Source of the DNA: Cyanobacteria bacterium P01_A01_bin.123
Lineage (GTDB): Bacteria; Cyanobacteriota; Cyanobacteriia; Phormidesmidales; Phormidesmidaceae
DNA length: 64,000 nt
Reading direction: 5' to 3'
NCBI GenBank assembly: GCA_039815185.1
Contig: JBCBZT010000005.1
Location: forward strand, 32,001 to 96,000
The notes below the pieces were generated by a model, which saw nothing but the letters and a program-made list of their open reading frames with translations, did not search any database and was not told where the DNA came from. The position numbers and the translations under genes are program-made. This document shows, one piece after another, positions 10,394 through 20,536 of this stretch (position 1 is the first letter of the stretch; every line of letters begins with the position of its first letter).

Positions 10394-11946
10394 CTAAGCT
10401 AGCTGATCATTTCCTTCAACCAGTGCTCTGAATCGCTCATCTGCTCGAATGCTGACAAAGTCGGTGTCGTTTTTTGCCATATCGCGGTTTTCGGGATCTT
10501 TGGCAATTGCTTCTTGCAGGAATTTAAGGGAATTTTCAATATCGCACTTTAAGCCGTAAGCGCAAGCTTTGTTGTTGAGCGCTTCATGTTGATCCGGTTT
10601 GATTGCTAAGGCGATATCATAGGCGGCGATCGCCTCTTCATATCGCCCTAAGTTACTTAGCGCAATGCCTTTGTTGTTGAGCGCTTCATGTTTATCTGGT
10701 TTGATTGCTAAGGCGATATCATAGGCGGCGATCGCCTCTTCATATCGCCCTAAGTTACTTAGCGCAATGCCTTTGTTGTAGAGCGCTTCATGTTTGTCCG
10801 GTTTGATCGCTAAGGCGGCATCATAGGCGGCGATTTCAGCTTCAAAAAAGCCAGCGTCGTGAAAAGAATTGCCCAATTTATAGACCCATAGATCAGCCAT
10901 AAATTCAGGGGTTTCAAAGGCTGTCAATGGGTTAGCTTGGTTTTTCGCCTGTTGTAGCCACTGTGATTTTTCAACTTCTGCACACCGCCTAGACTTATAC
11001 AAAAGGGCAGCAAACTGAGCCAATCCTTGAAATTGCTTAGGATCCTTCAGGCAAGTTTCTACCGCCTGATCGGTAGCGATTTGGCTAAGACCCAGATTGT
11101 TTTCGTTGTAGGCATAGTCGATGGAATCTGCTTCTAAAACAGCCCAGCTATACTCGATCGCGGGATGAATGCGCTGCAAGAACTGACGCGTACGGTGCCT
11201 GATCAAGGGATGTTCGGACAATTCAAATTCAGCGGCGATCGCCCGAAAGGGAATTCTTATCAGATCATCTTTGCGAAAATATCGGGCTTCTAGCAGACGG
11301 GTAATGAACTCAGTTTGCAGATTGTCTTGGCGAGTGAACAGCAGGTGATAAAGATAGTCTGCCCGTAAACTCAGCCAATCGGGGGTTTCATACGTTTGAG
11401 AGGGTGGGCTTTGGGGCTCAACTTCTCGAGCTGACTGCGCCTGAAAATACTGAGCTAGAGAAGCGTGAATGCGCTCCAGGCTGTCTCGTTCCAGCGATTG
11501 ACGAAAAATGTCTCGGGCGACATCATCTAGCCGCCAGTGCCGACCCACAGGTTCGACAAACGAAAGCTGAGTGAGCCAACCAAAACAATTTTGCCGATCA
11601 TCGGCAGCCGCTGCAAAGTCGAGGTCATGCTGTTCTACCAGGTGGCGGATCAGCTTTGAATCAAACCAGCGACAACACGCAGCCAACTGCACAATGAATC
11701 AACCCTGGGTTCATCAATGCCCTCTGTGAGGCCAAAGGAAACCTCTGCAATCTTGGCAGTGTCTTGATGGGCTGCTTTAACCTTGCGAGTGAGGGTCGAT
11801 TTCCCTACCTCACCAATGCCCCAAACATGAAACACCACAGGATTGTCAGCAGGTGATTTTAGGGCTATGTCAAGGGCGGCGAGAAACTCTTCAGCTTCTG
11901 GACGAGAAACGTAGGGCTGCTGGGGCATGAAATCGTAGGCAAGCAT
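10394..11946 (-). pseudogene. P-loop ATPase-TPR gene split by internal deletion/frameshift; the C-terminal TPR ORF 10394-11692 stays open
   Basis: 11650-11946 carries VWGIGEVGKS (Walker A-like) and ends abruptly; 10394-11692 starts mid-protein and ends in TPRs; same architecture as intact 47093-49699. Confidence 0.7.
10570..10832 (-). repeat. Near-identical 102-bp TPR-coding tandem repeats
   Basis: AIAAYD.ALAIKPD.HEAL.NK repeated three times with near-identical DNA. Confidence 0.8.
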
Positions 11947-11979
11947 GTCCCCACAATTCTAGCCCCAGTATCAAAAGTT

Positions 11980-12279
11980 TTATATCGCCTTGGCTACGTC
12001 AGCATTCTCCAATAATGATCCAATTACATCCCCTTCCCAAAGCGCTTCGAGTCTCCGAATATAAAACGACGCCAGGGTATGATTTTTGCCAAAGCTAGAG
12101 GTAAAAATGTGGAGCCTGAGCATTGCGGTATGCTCCATCAAATCTTCCCCCTTGAGGCCCATCTTTCGCCAGTAGTCTAAAACAGATCTAGTCGCTATAG
12201 CTTTGACTTTTACACTTGTATTTGACTCAGCTAAATCTCTTTTAACAATTCTCAAATATTGGGCTTGTTTGTGTGTCAT
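11980..12279 (-). CDS. Hypothetical protein
   Basis: 99-aa ORF, no motif. Confidence 0.45.
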   Translation of the reverse strand: MTHKQAQYLRIVKRDLAESNTSVKVKAIATRSVLDYWRKMGLKGEDLMEHTAMLRLHIFTSSFGKNHTLASFYIRRLEALWEGDVIGSLLENADVAKAI

Positions 12280-12804
12280 TTCCCTAACCTAAAGTTTTCC
12301 AACCTGGAGTTTTAGTCGCAACGCAATAGGAATGACTATGCCTGATCAGGTCAATAGAGAGACCGTTAAAACTCTTGTCTGACAAAGATTTGAGTTTAGG
12401 ACACGCTTCACTGCAATATAGCCGTTGCCACTTCAGTCAAGATAAGGGGCTTAACCCCTAGTTGATTCCACCCTTTGAAAGCTCTAAACAATCTGGCGGC
12501 TTTTATACTACTTAAAGGCTGTTGGTTAGGATGCACGTCCCCTTAATTATAGATATTGCTAATAGATCTTTGTGGGGACAAAAAGTAGCCTTTTAAGTCA
12601 TCTGCAACCACCACTTAATCACACAAGAAGTATTCGTTTAGAGTCGGGTAGCGATCTATATCAGCCTTATTGGACGCTTCAATCGCTTTCAAGGGGCATA
12701 TATATCACGCTTCTGCAAGACCTCAATCACTCAGTGAAGGCCAGATTCACTGGACTATTAATCGTGTTCACACAAACACCCCACCCTATTCAGGAGCCCC
12801 TACC

Positions 12805-12981
12805 ATGGATTTCATTTATCGTGGCGTTGCTTTTAACGCTGATGTCTCTGGTTCTGCCGCTGAAGAAACTGAGCAAACCGGAACCTTCCTCAGCAAGCGC
12901 TACCAGATGAAGCAAGCTCAAGTTGCTCATCGTCAATCTGTCACTAACCTGACCTATCGCGGCGTGAGTTACACCCGCTAA
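12805..12981 (+). CDS. DUF4278 small protein
   Basis: MDFIYRGVAF...LTYRGVSYTR with two YRGV motifs; AGGAG RBS. Confidence 0.85.
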   Translation: MDFIYRGVAFNADVSGSAAEETEQTGTFLSKRYQMKQAQVAHRQSVTNLTYRGVSYTR

Positions 12982-13027
12982 GCCTCAAACATGACAGTAG
13001 AGACTCCCCCAACGCCTTACAAAACAA

Positions 13028-13057
13028 TTGCCCAGACCGATTAAGACCTGGGCAAAA
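13028..13057. terminator. Hairpin downstream of DUF4278 gene
   Basis: TTGCCCAG-N12-CTGGGCAA. Confidence 0.5.
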
Positions 13058-13347
13058 GCGTTATGGAGTTTCTTGGGATAGATAGAAAACTGGACTCAAG
13101 CTGCAGGGCTAGGGAGCCCCAGTTGGAGGCTTTTGCTAAAAGCCTTAATTTGTACGTAGATTAGCAAAACGCCAGTTAACCCTGTAGACAACTTCGATAC
13201 AGTTTGGGGATTTAATGACTAGGAATAACCGCGTCCTTTCTGCTAACGCCTCCCCCCTCACCTTAAAAATTGTCCTAGAACGTTTCAATACCCGTAACCA
13301 CCTGTGTCAAAATTTGGCATATCTCCTAGCGTAGAGTTGTAGTTGCC

Positions 13348-13926
13348 GTGGTGGAGCCTTCGACCGCCTCCCAAAACTTACCGTTGGCGAATCTGCCCAC
13401 CCCAAGCCAGTTGGACGATATCAAAGCCCAGCTTGATTTGGTATTGCTAGCGTTAGAAGCGCTAGTGGGGATTGGTTCGGAGGCGATTTTAGGTACAGCT
13501 CAGCGCCTCCAGCTAGAGGCGTTGATGGGCGATCGCGTTGGGCTATGGCGGTTGCGGCAGGCTAGCCCTTTGCGTAAGGGGCAAGGCCGCAAAAAGCTAG
13601 ATGTGGATGAAGCCAGGGCGTTAGTGCTGGTAAGTTGTGATTTGGCACAGCAGCATCAGGTTGCAATTCGCAATGCCGTTGCCAAATTAGAAGAACTCAC
13701 AGCCAATGACCAACCGCCCCATCGGGCAGCTGTTTTAGGCGACTACCTGGATAGTTTTAGTAACACCTATCAAGAACGTATGGAAGCTGGGGAAACCGTG
13801 TCGACGGATCAACTGAGTCAACTGGCCATTAGGCTGTTAATCGATTTATTGTTTTACGGGTCGCCTGGCGGTACCCGACGGCTTTGGATCGCGCTGATGG
13901 ATCGCACTCGTCCCCAAGCAACTTGA
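13348..13926 (+). CDS. DUF3038 protein
   Basis: LDLVLLALEAL, RVGLWRLRQASPLR, LLIDLLFY...RLW motifs. Confidence 0.85.
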   Translation: MVEPSTASQNLPLANLPTPSQLDDIKAQLDLVLLALEALVGIGSEAILGTAQRLQLEALMGDRVGLWRLRQASPLRKGQGRKKLDVDEARALVLVSCDLAQQHQVAIRNAVAKLEELTANDQPPHRAAVLGDYLDSFSNTYQERMEAGETVSTDQLSQLAIRLLIDLLFYGSPGGTRRLWIALMDRTRPQAT

Positions 13927-13938
13927 GGTTGCCATCTG

Positions 13939-15402
13939 ATGCCTGAGTCCTCTGACCTGTTGCAACGCTACAGCGCGCCCACTTGCACCTTAGAAGTGGT
14001 AGGAGAACCTTCTGCCTTATCTCGATGGACAGCAGAACCTGTGCTGAAGGGGGTACGATTTCGGCTGTCGATTCAGTCTCTAGCGGCAGAGCCAGATGCT
14101 GACGATCAAGACGCTGAGTCACAGGACACGATTCTGCTGCGGGGCGATCGCCGCCAGTTAGAGTCGCTGATCGCTGCGGTACAGACTTACGTGCAAGGGC
14201 AGTTAGTGGCATCGGGTGGGCCATCTAGCCAGACTGAGGCTACCCGTGGCCCTGAATCAGGGGCATCTCGACAACGTCTTTCTTTGCAACCCCAGGGGCT
14301 AACCCGCCATCGATTGCAGGCAGAGGGGCTGATGGGCGATCGCATTGAACAGACGATTGTACTCACCAGTCTACAACTGGCTGACTTAGCCACAGTGGTA
14401 GATAGTTTTGACACCAACGCGATCGCCCTGCCTGTCTTTGCCTCCCCCCAGCAACGGCGACAGCGCTGGTGGACTGGGCGCATCTCGGTCGGCAGTGCCG
14501 CCGCTGTCGTCATTATGGCTGTGGGGGTGGCCACAGTGTTGCCTCGAGTGCTCAACGACTCCAGCCCCACCTCAGTGAGTAATATCCCCGCACCGATCAG
14601 TGATGGTGACCAGAGTCGTCAAGCTACGCCACTAGCCACCGCCGATAGCCCAGAATCCGATTCGCCAACGAATGGAGAGGAGTCGGCAGCAGACCAGTCC
14701 GAAACAGGCGCGCTCCCCGAATCAGATGGATTGAGTGCCAACAATACCCTGCCTGGCGACATCACGACTCAGGGGACGACGGCCACCCCTGCCACCCCCA
14801 AAGAATCAACGAGCAATACCCAGCGTTCCAGTTCTGCGACTCATGGGCAAAGGGACAATCCATCTCCTCGTCAACCTACCAATCCATCTACCCCCACCCC
14901 ATCAAGCCGCAGTCCCTATCCAGAGAGCGCTACGGCAGCCCAATCAAGACCTCCTCTACCAGATAACAGCTCCCCCGGCGTGGCCTCAACTCCAGCGCCT
15001 AGCAATGCGCCCCCTCCAGTCAACCCTGCTGCCGCTGAATTGTCTGATTCAGTCCTTGGCACAGCCAGCGGGAGTGCCGATGATGCTGGGGCATCCACTG
15101 CTTTAGAAGCTGCTCCTATGGCCCGGTTGCCTCAATCTCCAATTGACGAAGTGCAGCAATTCTTCGCTGACCGCTGGCGACCCCAACCCGATCTGTCAGA
15201 CAGTTTGGTCTACGAGGTCCAGCTCAACCCCGATGGCACCTTGGCCCGCATCACGCCCATGAGCCGCACCGCGATTTTAGAAGGCGACCGGATTGCGCTG
15301 CCAGAACCCGGTCGCGCGATCGCGTCTGCTTCTGCCGCCAATGCCGAGATTTTACTCAGGCTTGAACTCAAACCCAACGGTCAAGTCGTGGTCGAGAACT
15401 AG
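13939..15402 (+). CDS. DUF4335 protein with TM, low-complexity linker and TonB-C-like end
   Basis: RYSAPTCTLEV N-terminus; conserved pairing with DUF3038. Confidence 0.75.
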   Translation: MPESSDLLQRYSAPTCTLEVVGEPSALSRWTAEPVLKGVRFRLSIQSLAAEPDADDQDAESQDTILLRGDRRQLESLIAAVQTYVQGQLVASGGPSSQTEATRGPESGASRQRLSLQPQGLTRHRLQAEGLMGDRIEQTIVLTSLQLADLATVVDSFDTNAIALPVFASPQQRRQRWWTGRISVGSAAAVVIMAVGVATVLPRVLNDSSPTSVSNIPAPISDGDQSRQATPLATADSPESDSPTNGEESAADQSETGALPESDGLSANNTLPGDITTQGTTATPATPKESTSNTQRSSSATHGQRDNPSPRQPTNPSTPTPSSRSPYPESATAAQSRPPLPDNSSPGVASTPAPSNAPPPVNPAAAELSDSVLGTASGSADDAGASTALEAAPMARLPQSPIDEVQQFFADRWRPQPDLSDSLVYEVQLNPDGTLARITPMSRTAILEGDRIALPEPGRAIASASAANAEILLRLELKPNGQVVVEN

Positions 15403-15429
15403 GCGAACCAGGGAGATTGGCACGACTCA

Positions 15430-16662
15430 GTGATGACTGTTCAACTTAAACACAAATGGAAAAACCTGTGGCTGCTGTCTTTGGCTGAATTGCTGGCCAT
15501 GGCACTGTGGTTTTCGGCCTCGGCGGTGATTCCTCAGCTGACTCAGGAATGGGATCTATCTGGCGGTCAACAATCTTGGTTGACCATGAGCGTCCAGATT
15601 GGGTTTGTGGTGGGCGCTTTGATCAGCGCTGCTTTGAACCTTGCCGATCGGGTCGCGATTCAAAAGCTAATTGCACTGAGCGCGATCGCGGGTGGGCTCT
15701 TCAACGCCAGCATTGCCTTATTTGTTCATCACCCCAGCCCGGCCATGGTGCTACGGTTCCTTACCGGGGTGACCCTGGCGGGTGTTTATCCCACGGGCAT
15801 GAAGTTGATGGCGACTTGGTGTAAGCGCGATCGCGGTTTGGGGATTGGTTTACTGGTGGGTGCCTTGACCGTGGGCTCAGCCTTGCCTCACCTGATCAAT
15901 ATTCTGCCGTTTTTTGAGACATCTGGGGGACGTCCCCCGTGGCGGCCTGTGTTGCTGATCGCCACGGTCGCGGCGCTCCTGTCGGCAATCATTATGGCTT
16001 GGTTTGTCCAAGTTGGGCCCTTCCTCACAAAAGCCCCGAAGGTAGACTGGCGCTATGCTGGTGCTGTGTTTACCAATCGCGGCGTGCGGTTGGCAAATTT
16101 TGGCTATCTGGGCCACATGTGGGAGCTGTATGCCATGTGGGCTTGGGTGCCGCTGTTTCTCCTGGAGAGCTATCAGCGAGCTGGCTGGAGCGAAACCACA
16201 GCAAGATTTATGGGGTTTATGGTTGTGGCCATTGGTGGGTTGGGTAGCCTGCTGGCGGGTGTGCTTGCCGATCGCTGGGGACGGACAACCATCACGCTGG
16301 TCAGTCTGATGGTTTCAGGTAGCTGTGCGTTGCTCGTTGGGTTCTTCATGTCATCGCCCGTTGCATTGACGATCTTGTGTCTTGTGTGGGGGTTTGCTGT
16401 TGTGGCAGATAGTGCCCAGTTCAGCACTGCGGTTAGCGAACTCGGCGATCCTCGTTTTGTGGGCACTGCACTGACGATGCAAACGAGTTTGGGCTTTTTG
16501 CTAACGCTGTTCACGATCCGCATGATTCCGCCCTTGGTCGCCAGAGTCGGTTGGGAGTGGGCCTTTTGTGTGCTAGCCCTCGGGCCAGCGTTTGGCATTT
16601 GGAGTATGGTGCGTTTGCGCCAGTTGCCAGAGGCTATGAAAATGGCCTCTGGGAATCGATAG
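15430..16662 (+). CDS. MFS transporter
   Basis: ~12 TM; GYLGHMWELYAMWAW, ADRWGR motifs. Confidence 0.9.
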   Translation: MMTVQLKHKWKNLWLLSLAELLAMALWFSASAVIPQLTQEWDLSGGQQSWLTMSVQIGFVVGALISAALNLADRVAIQKLIALSAIAGGLFNASIALFVHHPSPAMVLRFLTGVTLAGVYPTGMKLMATWCKRDRGLGIGLLVGALTVGSALPHLINILPFFETSGGRPPWRPVLLIATVAALLSAIIMAWFVQVGPFLTKAPKVDWRYAGAVFTNRGVRLANFGYLGHMWELYAMWAWVPLFLLESYQRAGWSETTARFMGFMVVAIGGLGSLLAGVLADRWGRTTITLVSLMVSGSCALLVGFFMSSPVALTILCLVWGFAVVADSAQFSTAVSELGDPRFVGTALTMQTSLGFLLTLFTIRMIPPLVARVGWEWAFCVLALGPAFGIWSMVRLRQLPEAMKMASGNR

Positions 16663-16689
16663 TCGAATTGTTTTCAGATCTTGTCAGCC

Positions 16690-17436
16690 ATGGAAAAAGT
16701 CATCGTTGTGACAGGTGGGAGTCGGGGTATTGGTGCTGCGACCGCACTGCTTGCGGCTAAGAAGGGGTATGCGGTTTGTGTCAACTATCGTCACAATCAA
16801 GAGGCCGCAGCGGGTGTGGTGGATGAGATTAAACAGATGGGTGGCAAGGCGATCGCGATCGCGGCTGATATTGCCTCTGAAACGGAGGTCGTCCATCTCT
16901 TTAAGGCAGTGGATGAGCAGCTCGGGAAAGTCACGGCATTGGTTAACAATGCTGGAACACTGGAACCGCAAATGCGAGTTGAGCAGATGGATGCAGCTCG
17001 CCTGAATCGCACTTTTGCAACCAATATTACCGGGTCATTTTTGTGTGCCCGAGAAGCGATTAAACGGATGTCAACCCAACAAGGGGGCGCAGGTGGGGCG
17101 ATTGTGAATGTCTCATCAGCCGCTGCCCGATTGGGGTCTCCAGGTGAATATGTTGACTATGCGGCATCCAAAGGCGCGATCGATGCGATGACCATCGGGT
17201 TATCTAAAGAAATCGCTAATCAGGGCATTCGCGTGAATGCTGTGCGTCCAGGGTTTATTTACACCGATATTCACGCCAGCGGGGGCGAACCCAATCGAGT
17301 TGATCGGGTCAAAGCATTTGTGCCGATGCAGCGGGGGGGACAGGCGATTGAAGTGGCCCAAGCGATTTTGTGGCTGCTGTCCGATGAGGCTTCTTACACC
17401 ACAGGGTCATTTATCGAGATTGCGGGAGGCAGGTAA
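16690..17436 (+). CDS. SDR family oxidoreductase
   Basis: TGGSRGIG, NNAG, YAASK. Confidence 0.92.
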   Translation: MEKVIVVTGGSRGIGAATALLAAKKGYAVCVNYRHNQEAAAGVVDEIKQMGGKAIAIAADIASETEVVHLFKAVDEQLGKVTALVNNAGTLEPQMRVEQMDAARLNRTFATNITGSFLCAREAIKRMSTQQGGAGGAIVNVSSAAARLGSPGEYVDYAASKGAIDAMTIGLSKEIANQGIRVNAVRPGFIYTDIHASGGEPNRVDRVKAFVPMQRGGQAIEVAQAILWLLSDEASYTTGSFIEIAGGR

Positions 17437-17465
17437 CCCAAGCGACACAGCTATGCAGTGGCCCA

Positions 17466-18332
17466 TCACTCAAGTGGGTTACCCCGTCTCTGGATGCCCC
17501 CAAAGAAAATGCAATAGAAAATGGTCGCCTCTATGATCAATCCAACAAATCCTGCTCTGCTATCAATCGCCTCTAGATAGGTCCATAATGCTGTGGTGGG
17601 AATGACCGAGTCAGGCGTGTTAACCACTAGGGTTGCAAAAAGATTGTTGGCAGCATGACAACCCAATGCCAGTTCGAGACCGTTGTCTTTGAGGGTAATT
17701 GTCGCAAAGAAAACACCCCAGACAAAATAGGTGAGTGCGCCCCAAACAACCCCCCGCTGCATTTCTGGGTTGCCAAAGTGGGGCACGGCAAAAGCAATGC
17801 TAGTCAATAAGGTCAGCACTAGCCGATGCTTGGTCAGCATCGCCAGTCCTTGCATCAAATAGCCTCGAAAGAAAAATTCTTCTGCAGAGGTTTGAATGGG
17901 AATCAAAATGACAGCCAATGGTCCGAGTAGGAACCAGTGCACTAGGTTGAAGCTGAATGAATAATTCTGTGGGTTTAACCAGATATCTGAACCCGAAAAA
18001 ATGACGAGTTGGATGAACCAAACCATAAATCCTAAAAGCACACGCGGTACGTTTACAGCTGCATCAGCATTGATTAGCGTCTGAAACGATCGATGTTGGA
18101 GTTTGGTCACGACCCCAAAAAGAATGGCAATCACGGGTAGAAACGTCGCTGAGGATGCGATGAAATTACCTATTTCAGTCGGACCAAATATCTGAGCGAA
18201 GATGGCCTCAAGACCTAAGAAAATTAGCCCAGCAAATCCCAGCCAATATACTAAGACTGCCAAAATGCCGAGTAAATAATGCCATCCCTGATCATCACCC
18301 TCATCGGCAACCCCTAAGAAATGCTTTGTCAT
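17466..18332 (-). CDS. CPBP (CAAX/Abi) intramembrane metalloprotease
   Basis: EEFFFRG, FAVPH, HAANN motifs. Confidence 0.9.
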   Translation of the reverse strand: MTKHFLGVADEGDDQGWHYLLGILAVLVYWLGFAGLIFLGLEAIFAQIFGPTEIGNFIASSATFLPVIAILFGVVTKLQHRSFQTLINADAAVNVPRVLLGFMVWFIQLVIFSGSDIWLNPQNYSFSFNLVHWFLLGPLAVILIPIQTSAEEFFFRGYLMQGLAMLTKHRLVLTLLTSIAFAVPHFGNPEMQRGVVWGALTYFVWGVFFATITLKDNGLELALGCHAANNLFATLVVNTPDSVIPTTALWTYLEAIDSRAGFVGLIIEATIFYCIFFGGIQRRGNPLE

Positions 18333-18450
18333 ATTGACCCATTCTCAACAGCTCTGTTAGCAGTGTCATCAGAAAAATATGGGGTTTTGCCAAAGGAAAG
18401 ATTCATTTCCTTTGGTCGTAACCAATGATCTCATTGTTTGATGGCGTATT

Positions 18451-18555
18451 TATAGCGCTGGCCAGATTGCTCAATGCACCTAGTATCGCTGGGATGTCCA
18501 ATACACAAGCAATCTGGCTCGCCGTAGCGCACAAAGCTTTGTGGCTACGGCTATA
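18451..18555. repeat. ~104-bp structured dispersed element, copy 1 (MITE/REP-like)
   Basis: TATAGC...GCCAGATTGC...GCAATCTGGC...CACAAAGCTTTGTG...GCTATA. Confidence 0.85.
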
Positions 18556-18595
18556 TTCCCCCAGGCAGTTCACCCGTCATGGTTACACCCATTCA

Positions 18596-20218
18596 TTAGG
18601 ATGAAGGGCGCTGCCAGATTTGAATCTGAGCATCCTGTGAATCGGCGTCACCCGTGATGCCGATGATGTGCTGACCCGCTGGGCTAGCCCAAAGATCACG
18701 CATCAATTCAGTCTCTAGGATGGCTTCTAGCTCACCTGTCTGCAGATTCCAAATTTTGAGACCTGTGGCAGTGCTGGCAATCACGCTATCTTGGTTGACC
18801 GCAATGCGATCGCGGTAACCCCAACTCTCCCGATTCTCAGACAGTAAGATATTAGCCTTTAGATCACCCGTGGCTAAGTCCCAGATTTTGAGATGGTTTT
18901 TCGGCTGAGTGTAAGACGTGGTCACCACAGTTTGACCATCGGGGCTGAGATAGGCCGCGTTCACATGGGTAAACCACTGGTGGGGGAGCACGGTTTGCTG
19001 CTGGGTGAACAAATTCCAAGCCATCAGTTTGTTGTTCAGTTCCACCAAAGCCGTGCTGCCATCGGCACTGATATCGAAGATCCGGAGCGGGGCGGGGCCA
19101 GATTCAAGGGTAACGGGACCGATCTCAATCGGTGCTTTCTCCTCGGGCAAGGTTGCTTTCAGTTCTCCCGTGGTTCGATCCCAAAGTTTGATTTCACGGT
19201 ATCCCCCGCTGACAATTGTGTTGCCATCGGCTGAAACTTCCACTAGGCCAACGTTTTGACTGGTATGCCCCTGGAGCATTTGGGGCGGTTGATCGGTGGT
19301 TAGATCCCAAATGCGCACCATGCGATCGCCGCCGCCACTCACAATAGTTTGGCCATCAGGGGCGATCGCCAAACCCGTTACCACCCCAGAATCACTTTGG
19401 CGCGTTTGCTGTAATTCGCCCGTTTGCAAATCCCAGACTTTAATCGCCTTGTCTCGCCCCCCGCTGACCAAAGTGGTGTTGTCGGGGCTGAGCGCGATCG
19501 CGGTGACGGTAGGATGCTCCGTCAACGTGTGGGTCAGCGAAAAACTACAGTAAGGCGATGGAGACGATTGTTGATCACAGCGCTTGATCTGTTGGGCCTG
19601 GCTTAAACCCTCAGGTGCATTGACGCGTTGATGGTGATTAACAAACCAAATCAGCTGGGCTGCAAAAATGATAGCCAATCCAATCCGCCACAACTTCTGC
19701 CACCCAAACCGCTTGGGCGTAGGCGGTACTAGGGGATTGCCTTGAATGATTTGAATCAGTTCACGCTGACTGCGATTGGCCTCGAACCAAAACGCGCCCC
19801 AGAATATCGAGAATACAATGAGGGGTGCGAGTAAGAATAAACCAATTTCAGGTATGACACCCCCAGAGAACAATCCTGACAGGAAGATAGGGAGGGAAAT
19901 GCCATACCAGAACGAGAGCCAACAAACCAAAAAGACAATAACGACTGGATGCAAACTCAGCGTGATGTGCACCACTGTGCCTCCGGGTGAGGGCTCAAAT
20001 CGTCCGCGGATATTGGGCAAGAAGGAGTTGCGATAGTGGATAATGCGGCGAATCTTAAAACCAGTGTCAGAAAGGGTTCCCGTATAGGGGGCATGATCAC
20101 GAGAAAGCCCCCATCTGAATTTCGGCGGTTCGATATGGGCATCCAATGCCGCAATCACAGCAGGCAGCGTTTGAACCGTTTGAATCGAAAAGTGATTGTA
20201 AGGAAGCAGTTTCATCAT
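18596..20218 (-). CDS. Membrane-anchored WD40-repeat protein
   Basis: N-terminal TM segments; SGGRDKAIKVWD and SGGGDRMVRIWD repeats; start may be 20218 or 20263. Confidence 0.85.
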   Translation of the reverse strand: MMKLLPYNHFSIQTVQTLPAVIAALDAHIEPPKFRWGLSRDHAPYTGTLSDTGFKIRRIIHYRNSFLPNIRGRFEPSPGGTVVHITLSLHPVVIVFLVCWLSFWYGISLPIFLSGLFSGGVIPEIGLFLLAPLIVFSIFWGAFWFEANRSQRELIQIIQGNPLVPPTPKRFGWQKLWRIGLAIIFAAQLIWFVNHHQRVNAPEGLSQAQQIKRCDQQSSPSPYCSFSLTHTLTEHPTVTAIALSPDNTTLVSGGRDKAIKVWDLQTGELQQTRQSDSGVVTGLAIAPDGQTIVSGGGDRMVRIWDLTTDQPPQMLQGHTSQNVGLVEVSADGNTIVSGGYREIKLWDRTTGELKATLPEEKAPIEIGPVTLESGPAPLRIFDISADGSTALVELNNKLMAWNLFTQQQTVLPHQWFTHVNAAYLSPDGQTVVTTSYTQPKNHLKIWDLATGDLKANILLSENRESWGYRDRIAVNQDSVIASTATGLKIWNLQTGELEAILETELMRDLWASPAGQHIIGITGDADSQDAQIQIWQRPSS

Positions 20219-20423
20219 TTGTATGGGGGCAGCATCCGTGACAGTGACGAAGAATTTTGTCACGTTCCTGATAACTACAGATGAAACCTGAGGTTTTCCT
20301 AGGGAGGCTTTGTCTTCTTAGAGAACAAGCTGTTTAGAGAGCAAACTCGATCTGCCCCGGTCGCCCACAAACCTGTAACGATTGATGGCGACCGGAAAAC
20401 ACTGTCTCGTTAAATCGTCAAAC

Positions 20424-20526
20424 TATAGCGCTGGCCAGATTGCTTAATGCACCGAGTATCGCCAGGATGCACTCCACGAGCAATCTGGCTCGCGGTATCG
20501 CACAAAGCTTTGTGGCCACCGCTACA
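20424..20526. repeat. ~104-bp structured dispersed element, copy 2
   Basis: Same sequence family and orientation as 18451-18555. Confidence 0.85.
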
Positions 20527-20536
20527 ACGATGACGT

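Noticed and set aside
12600..12804. Glutamine riboswitch upstream of DUF4278
   Set aside because: Could not find the conserved CGTTCA...GACGGAAG core; only a short hairpin
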